Shown piece by piece: positions 60,201 to 64,000 of a stretch of DNA of 64,000 bases (positions within the stretch are counted from its first letter, which is position 1; each line of letters starts with the position of its first letter). Below the pieces are notes generated by a model. That model was not told where the DNA came from. It saw only the letters and a list, made by a program, of their open reading frames with translations, and did no database searches. The position numbers and the translations under genes were made by a program. The stretch lies in the IMG/VR virus record IMGVR_UViG_3300045988_158809. One strand, 5' to 3'. The DNA is from a virus.

Positions 60201-62759
60201 TTCTACAACCAGCAGCAGGCAATAAAAAATATCAATAAAAAGTACGATCCGGTTATCGGTTCCTACAAGCCGAAGGAAGAAGAGGAAGGTCCGTATAAAA
60301 TTACGGAGGCAGAAAAAGACTCTGAAGCCAAACGCCGACAACGTGAAGCATTGAAATATGCGCGCGATGAATACGATGCGGTTATGGCAGCTATCAAGGT
60401 GTATTACAGCCAGCAGCGTCAGGTTATCAATGACAGCTACCTGCAGCAGAAGATTACAACCGAACAGCGGGAAAAGGAACTTACTGACATTGAACTGAGA
60501 GAATTGAACACACGCATAGAGGCACGTAAGAAGCTTCATGGCGATGCCGATGAGAACTGGGCTACAGAACTTGGTTACATTTCGCAGAATGACATTGCAA
60601 AAACGGATTCTTCGCAAAAGGCTATTGTAAACCTCACCTCGAAAAACCTGGACGACATTCGCGAAAAACTGAAAAAGTTTGGTACCGGTGAAATGGATGG
60701 AATATGGTCTGAGCTGGAAAAAGATCTTTTGAAGATTCAGGAAATATCCATCGATTTGCAGAAGGAAATCGAGGACATTCTTCTGAAAAAAGATTATTCC
60801 GGGCAGGTGGAAAGAAACTATCAGGCACAGCTTGAAAAGCTCGGACTTTTCTTTACGCAATATGAAGAGATGGCGAAGGAAGGAATGGAGGGTGCTTCCG
60901 GAGAAATGCTTTTAGGCCTGAAAAAGCTGGCCAACCAGGCAGCAGGTGAAGGAATGAAGGCATTGCTCGATATAAGCAAACAGCTTTACACCATCGATAT
61001 AAATACCGAAGAAGGACAGGCGGCTTTCCGTAAGATGTTGTCCGACCAGGCTATTTTCGGCGAAGAAATGGTAAATCTGGAAGGAGACCGTCTGAAGGCA
61101 CTTTATTACAAGACCATTGAATACGGCGACGCTACCACTCAGGCCATAAAAAAGCAGCGCGAGGAGCAGTTGAAGATTGCAGCAGAAAGATTTGCTCCAC
61201 GCCAGCGCGAGCTTGATAAAGAGGGAAAAGGTTATGAATGGGCTGTAAATTTCCGGAAAGCAGAGCATGACATTGGTCTGGCCACTCCAGGAATGGTGCT
61301 CGATACGGAAGTGGAAATGTATCGTCAACGACTGGAAGCCGCTCAGGAATATTACGATTATCTGGCCACGCATGGATACGATGTGGAAGAGCAGCGTATG
61401 GTAGTAGAACAGGCCGCTTCCGATTTGTCGGAAAAGATGGTGGAGCAGGTAAAAAACAGGTTGAGCACCTATAAAGACTATTTCGATGCCTTTGAGGAAA
61501 TGGGAGAAAACTTTACCTTTGAGGGTGGAGAAGAAGGGCTTGAAGCGCGACAGGAAGCGTTTGAGAATTTCGTGAAGGAAATGGGAAATCTCACGAAAGA
61601 GCTCATCATGAACTGGGTGAAGGAGAAGATAGAACATGCGCTCATTCGTGCGGCGATGGTTGATACAGAGAAAGAATCGCAGGATGAAATGAGTGATGTG
61701 TCAAAGGAAGGTTTGGAAAGTGAGGGAGATATAGCGAAGAAAGCTGGTAAGAAAACTTTGAGCGAAATAGCAAAAGTTGGCTTGTCAAAGATTTCCTTGA
61801 AAAAGAAAGAAAACAAGGATGTGACAAATGTAGTTCAGGAAGGGCAGAATGCTGAACAGACCTTAGTTCAGGAAGGAGCCGGGGCCATTGCTAACGCTAC
61901 AATGCAAATAGGTCAGCAGGTTGTGGCCGCCAAAAAAACGCAGGCTGCAGAGAATGTTTCTACTTCCGCTTCTGAAACAGCCGCAGAAGTTCCTCTTGGT
62001 ATTGCCTCTGGTGCCGCAAAAACAATTGGAAACCTTGGATGGTGGGGTATTCCGCTTGTCGCAGTCATATCGGCTGTGCTTGGTGCTTTGCTGAATACGG
62101 CCATGAGTGCTGTATCTAATCTTTTCGGAGGCTCAGAAAAAACCACTCCTGCAACCACAGCCACAAAGCTCGTTACAGGTATGCTTACCTACGACAGCGG
62201 AAACGTACAGTCCGTGTCTGCAGGAAATGATACGGTAAGCGTGGCGGCAGACGATGGTCATACCTACAATGCCCATGTGGCTCCGGCTCTTCCTGCAGGA
62301 GTAGGAGTAGTAAACTCTCCTCTTGCTACCCTTGTCAACGGTAAGCCGTCCATTGTGGGCGAGCGAGGACCGGAGATAGTGATTGGTCGTGAAACCACGC
62401 GCGCCATCATGCAGTACCGTCCGGACTTGCTTCAGGGGCTTATCAGTTACGACAAGCGTTTCTCAAACGGAGGCGGAAGATACCGCGCGTATGACAGCGG
62501 AAACGTGCAGCTATTGTCTCCTTCCATGGCTGGAAGCAATACAGGGGTAACAAATGAGGAACTTGCAGGATTGCTTCGTGATGTCACGTCTGCCATATCG
62601 AAAAATGCGGAAGTAAACCAGGCGTTGACCAAACGGATGGGAAATATACGCGCGCAGATTGTACGCAAGGAAATGGTCGATGAAACAGTAGATGAGCTGT
62701 ATTTCCGTAGAGAAAGAGGCAGTGATAAGAAAATAAATAAGATGTTTGGTAAAAAATAG
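57201..62759 (+). CDS. tail tape measure protein (1852 aa)
   Basis: Coiled-coil N-terminus. TP901-type core ELAYEAGKLGIGSEGVEG..FVRAADKISVALGEELGG...LGQTSTANASYIADFAKRLSGIA...DEILAFGAAADATGQ. Followed by hydrophobic helices typical of tape measure proteins. Confidence 0.85.
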   Translation: MAKSDSNKVAHIELLLNGNKARNVLEGLRRGAESLKKELEELKATGLPDDDKRVKQLTAALKDATSAVNAAERNLLDLDSIVKNLSSQSLKKLEAAARQLKKQMSLTAGDDPKLNELIKQYQTINEQIDNITNRWKKQNTELNQTEKELLDIKKIIDSLDTQSVDVLEKAKSQIKKEYTSVSPTDPKMKELAAQYKIIDERISDINNGLKRQNTELDSSEKELLDIKKIVDTLDTQSLKILNQAKTQIEKDLNEAIPGSEQMAELSEQYKVIKNRISEVSDTWKKQEEVIEDVEEELLDVNKILKELNKQDLATLTKAMKQVRDEMEHTAANSPKMKELAKLYQALDDQVSKITGSWKRQDGAITSVVRRLAAYVSVYGGFNLVTDRLRQIVTGNLEFSDSLADIQKTTGLSADGVAELSYQISKIDTRTSVQALHELAYEAGKLGIGSEGVEGVAGFVRAADKISVALGEELGGSEAIKELMKMNDVLGLTQKMGIEKSLMATGSAINLLGQTSTANASYIADFAKRLSGIATQAHITMDEILAFGAAADATGQEVEVAATAMNLFITQLQTHYKTVSQAAGVNEETIKNLLEMGKTTEAVMIVLRGLSEKGGLSQLGPIMKDLGSEGARMSGVLANFASNLDMVEQALMVSKKGFTEATSVTNEYNIKNENAAAIMEKMANSWEKMFVNSQNTGLVKDMADNFYELSKSLQQSSVWMNSIYAILWGLQKLISTLIASLPVLITLFTLKGLVVGIARLSAFIKEARAAATAMTVLNSAMKSNVIISVISLVAGLAFSLVNLKRELSDVEKSANDLSDSFRKFSKDSNAAGIEANTLFGRLKNLKAGTDERRDLLIKINELYGKYIPHLLSEKSTLEEIKEAQDAVNASLAQSIAYRSKESAIQRVGEQYTSKLADQISDLQNVYSAAGVGNLGDIDAQKLAELTAKYYDAGLKWRSAQKQIWQDMYGQKGMSHSLVTENSVFINRMDEAQRAVNNYVAHFYNQQQAIKNINKKYDPVIGSYKPKEEEEGPYKITEAEKDSEAKRRQREALKYARDEYDAVMAAIKVYYSQQRQVINDSYLQQKITTEQREKELTDIELRELNTRIEARKKLHGDADENWATELGYISQNDIAKTDSSQKAIVNLTSKNLDDIREKLKKFGTGEMDGIWSELEKDLLKIQEISIDLQKEIEDILLKKDYSGQVERNYQAQLEKLGLFFTQYEEMAKEGMEGASGEMLLGLKKLANQAAGEGMKALLDISKQLYTIDINTEEGQAAFRKMLSDQAIFGEEMVNLEGDRLKALYYKTIEYGDATTQAIKKQREEQLKIAAERFAPRQRELDKEGKGYEWAVNFRKAEHDIGLATPGMVLDTEVEMYRQRLEAAQEYYDYLATHGYDVEEQRMVVEQAASDLSEKMVEQVKNRLSTYKDYFDAFEEMGENFTFEGGEEGLEARQEAFENFVKEMGNLTKELIMNWVKEKIEHALIRAAMVDTEKESQDEMSDVSKEGLESEGDIAKKAGKKTLSEIAKVGLSKISLKKKENKDVTNVVQEGQNAEQTLVQEGAGAIANATMQIGQQVVAAKKTQAAENVSTSASETAAEVPLGIASGAAKTIGNLGWWGIPLVAVISAVLGALLNTAMSAVSNLFGGSEKTTPATTATKLVTGMLTYDSGNVQSVSAGNDTVSVAADDGHTYNAHVAPALPAGVGVVNSPLATLVNGKPSIVGERGPEIVIGRETTRAIMQYRPDLLQGLISYDKRFSNGGGRYRAYDSGNVQLLSPSMAGSNTGVTNEELAGLLRDVTSAISKNAEVNQALTKRMGNIRAQIVRKEMVDETVDELYFRRERGSDKKINKMFGKK
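57423..58292 (+). repeat. Four tandem 74-aa (222-nt) coiled-coil repeats inside the tape measure gene
   Basis: The ELLD(I/V/L) anchor sits at residues 75, 149, 223 and 297, an exact 74-aa period. Confidence 0.8.
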
Positions 62760-62822
62760 TGTGTAATTTGTTAAAAGTAGAATATATATGAATTATGATG
62801 GAATATCTTAAATAATATATCG

Positions 62823-62849
62823 CATTTTGGATTAGATTCTTTATCTTTG
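62823..62849 (+). promoter_or_regulatory. Operator-like site plus a -7 box, near-identical to 10844-10870
   Basis: CATTTTGGATTAGATTCTTTATCTTTG versus CATTTTGGTATAGATTCTTTATCTTTG. Confidence 0.6.
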
Positions 62850-62875
62850 GGGCAGAAACCTGAAAAAATTGTGAC

Positions 62876-63802
62876 ATGAACAGTTATCTTGATACACGTA
62901 TCAGTGTATATAACGGCGTGACGGACAATGTGGGGGTTATCTGCCCTTTGCGTGCTTTTTTATTCTCGAAAAAGCATAAGAACGACGTGGAGAGAATACG
63001 TTCTCTATACGGAAGCGAAAAGTACAAGCAAGAGAAAAAGCATCTGCCGATGGCTGCTATAAGCGGTACGTTCAAAACAAGGACTTTAGGCGATCTTATA
63101 GAGCATACCGGACTGATATGTATAGATATTGATGCAAAGGACAATCCGAATCTTGACATGAATAAGGATGTAATGCCCATACTCACGCATCTTCCTTACG
63201 TGCTGTATGCCGGAAAGTCTGTGAGCGGAAACGGATATTTTGCAATCATACCGTTGCTTCATAAGGGGTTGCATCGTCAGCATTATTGCAGCTTGAAGCA
63301 TGAGTTCCTGAAGATGGGTATCATTATAGACAAGGCCTGTGGCGACGTGACAAGAACCCGTTTTATTTCATACGATGATAATTTCTATCTGAACGAAGAT
63401 GCCGAAGTGTATGACGGCATTGAATCGGAACAGGAATGTCATGTCAACAAGGTTTATAGTCAGACCACAAATATTGAAAGAACACCCGAAACCGGATTTA
63501 CTGACTTGCAGAAAGTGGAGCTATGTGTACGATTGATTGAAGAAAGGCATATCGACATTACAGAAGGTTATGCCAACTGGGTATCGGTCGGTGCTTCTCT
63601 GGCCAGCCTTGGCGAGCAGGGACGCAGTTTCTACCACAGAGTCAGTAAACAGAATCCACAATACAAATATGGAGAAACGGAAAGGAAGTTTACAAATGTA
63701 ATGACCACCATGAAAAGGTTTAATCTTGGTTATTTTTTTGAAGTGTGCTACCGGTATGGAATCACCTTCAGAGACGCTTTCAGACAAGTAACTAATGTAT
63801 AA
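62876..63802 (+). CDS. BT4734-like N-terminal domain plus PriCT-2-like protein (primase-type)
   Basis: LICIDIDAKDN, SVSGNGYFAIIPL and GDVTRTRFISYDD are AEP-like. The C-terminus YANWVSVGASLASLGEQGRSFYHRVSKQNPQY is PriCT-like. Confidence 0.55.
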   Translation: MNSYLDTRISVYNGVTDNVGVICPLRAFLFSKKHKNDVERIRSLYGSEKYKQEKKHLPMAAISGTFKTRTLGDLIEHTGLICIDIDAKDNPNLDMNKDVMPILTHLPYVLYAGKSVSGNGYFAIIPLLHKGLHRQHYCSLKHEFLKMGIIIDKACGDVTRTRFISYDDNFYLNEDAEVYDGIESEQECHVNKVYSQTTNIERTPETGFTDLQKVELCVRLIEERHIDITEGYANWVSVGASLASLGEQGRSFYHRVSKQNPQYKYGETERKFTNVMTTMKRFNLGYFFEVCYRYGITFRDAFRQVTNV

Positions 63803-63820
63803 CTTTAAAATTTGAACACA

Positions 63821-64000
63821 ATGTTGAACGAAATTCAGTTGCAGAAATTAATTAACAAGGGTATTGAATTTGTCTCAGTATCGAAGGATGATAACGACAA
63901 GGGTTATGTAGTGAGCAAGCTCACATCGGAAGGATGGAACGTGAGTCCTGTTGTTACCGACCAGGAACTATCTGATGAATTGAACAAATACAAGTTCAGA
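63821..64000 (+). CDS. 5' fragment of a gene running off the window
   Basis: ATG 63821 with the frame open to the window edge (60 codons). Confidence 0.5.
   Translation, partial: MLNEIQLQKLINKGIEFVSVSKDDNDKGYVVSKLTSEGWNVSPVVTDQELSDELNKYKFR

Larger units (their letters stand above)
1..64000. mobile_element. Segment of a phage / phage-plasmid-like element; both ends lie outside the window
   Basis: Contains a tape measure protein, tail-fibre-like and DUF4376 genes, many small overlapping phage-style ORFs, a Rep plus iterons, a parA/RHH pair and a primase-helicase. No integrase, terminase, portal or capsid gene is recognisable. Confidence 0.6.

Noticed and set aside
60117-61637. 247-aa and 241-aa minus-strand ORFs inside the tape measure gene.
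   Set aside because: They are antisense to an uninterrupted 1852-aa ORF with clear tape measure motifs. They have low-complexity Leu/Phe-rich translations.
1-64000. Search by eye for tRNA/rRNA genes, CRISPR arrays, integrase/att sites and terminase/portal/capsid/endolysin genes.
   Set aside because: None was recognised. Their absence is noted, but it cannot be proven without profile searches.

Overview
The window reads as one contiguous segment of a phage-like, probably plasmid-replicating (phage-plasmid-like) element with Bacteroidales-type signals. These are TTTG/TAnnTTTG promoter boxes and a Bacteroidales-style HU-like protein. All family calls below are by-eye recognition; no database search was run.

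Layout:
- 0.2-6.8 kb: a plus-strand operon of small genes. Every gene boundary carries a fixed-register bipartite motif, CCTATGG-N12-ATCACTG plus a T-run (11 units at 8 loci).
- 6.9-10.0 kb: a minus-strand HU-like / Rep-initiator / XRE block, next to an origin. The origin has two oppositely oriented arrays of 22-bp-period iterons around an AT-rich spacer.
- 10.9-36.7 kb: a long plus-strand block. It holds a PP-loop (PAPS-reductase-like) gene broken at a G9 tract and a beta-class DNA methyltransferase. It also holds an island at 28.5-35.6 kb with DUF4406, a radical SAM enzyme, an acyl-carrier-like fusion protein, a MazG-like NTPase, a phage Dam-type methyltransferase and a tandem DUF1599/Nmad1 protein.
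- 37.0-38.9 kb: a roughly 460-bp dyad repeat field followed by parA and a ribbon-helix-helix partner gene.
- 39.1-46.6 kb: a divergent HTH regulator and a replication operon (DEDDh exonuclease, a 1194-aa primase-helicase, an SSB-like protein). The last two proteins both end in the SSB-tip-like motif DDLPF.
- 47.2-52.4 kb: a receptor-binding / tail-fibre-like cassette flanked by paralogous lipoproteins.
- 52.5-54.8 kb: a minus-strand block.
- 54.96-64.0 kb: an XRE regulator, a membrane-anchored HIRAN protein, two conserved proteins, an 1852-aa tape measure protein and a BT4734-like primase-type gene.

I could not recognise any integrase, terminase, portal, capsid, endolysin, tRNA, rRNA or CRISPR array. 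About 60 percent of the ORFs are hypothetical.

The signals I consider most worth follow-up are:
- the candidate nucleotide/DNA-modification island;
- the stoperator-like boundary motif;
- the Rep (with a DnaA-domain-I-like tail) plus iteron plus par set inside a phage context;
- the DDLPF tail mimicry;
- a 22-nt operator-like site reused at the heads of major transcription units;
- two homopolymer-associated frameshifts.
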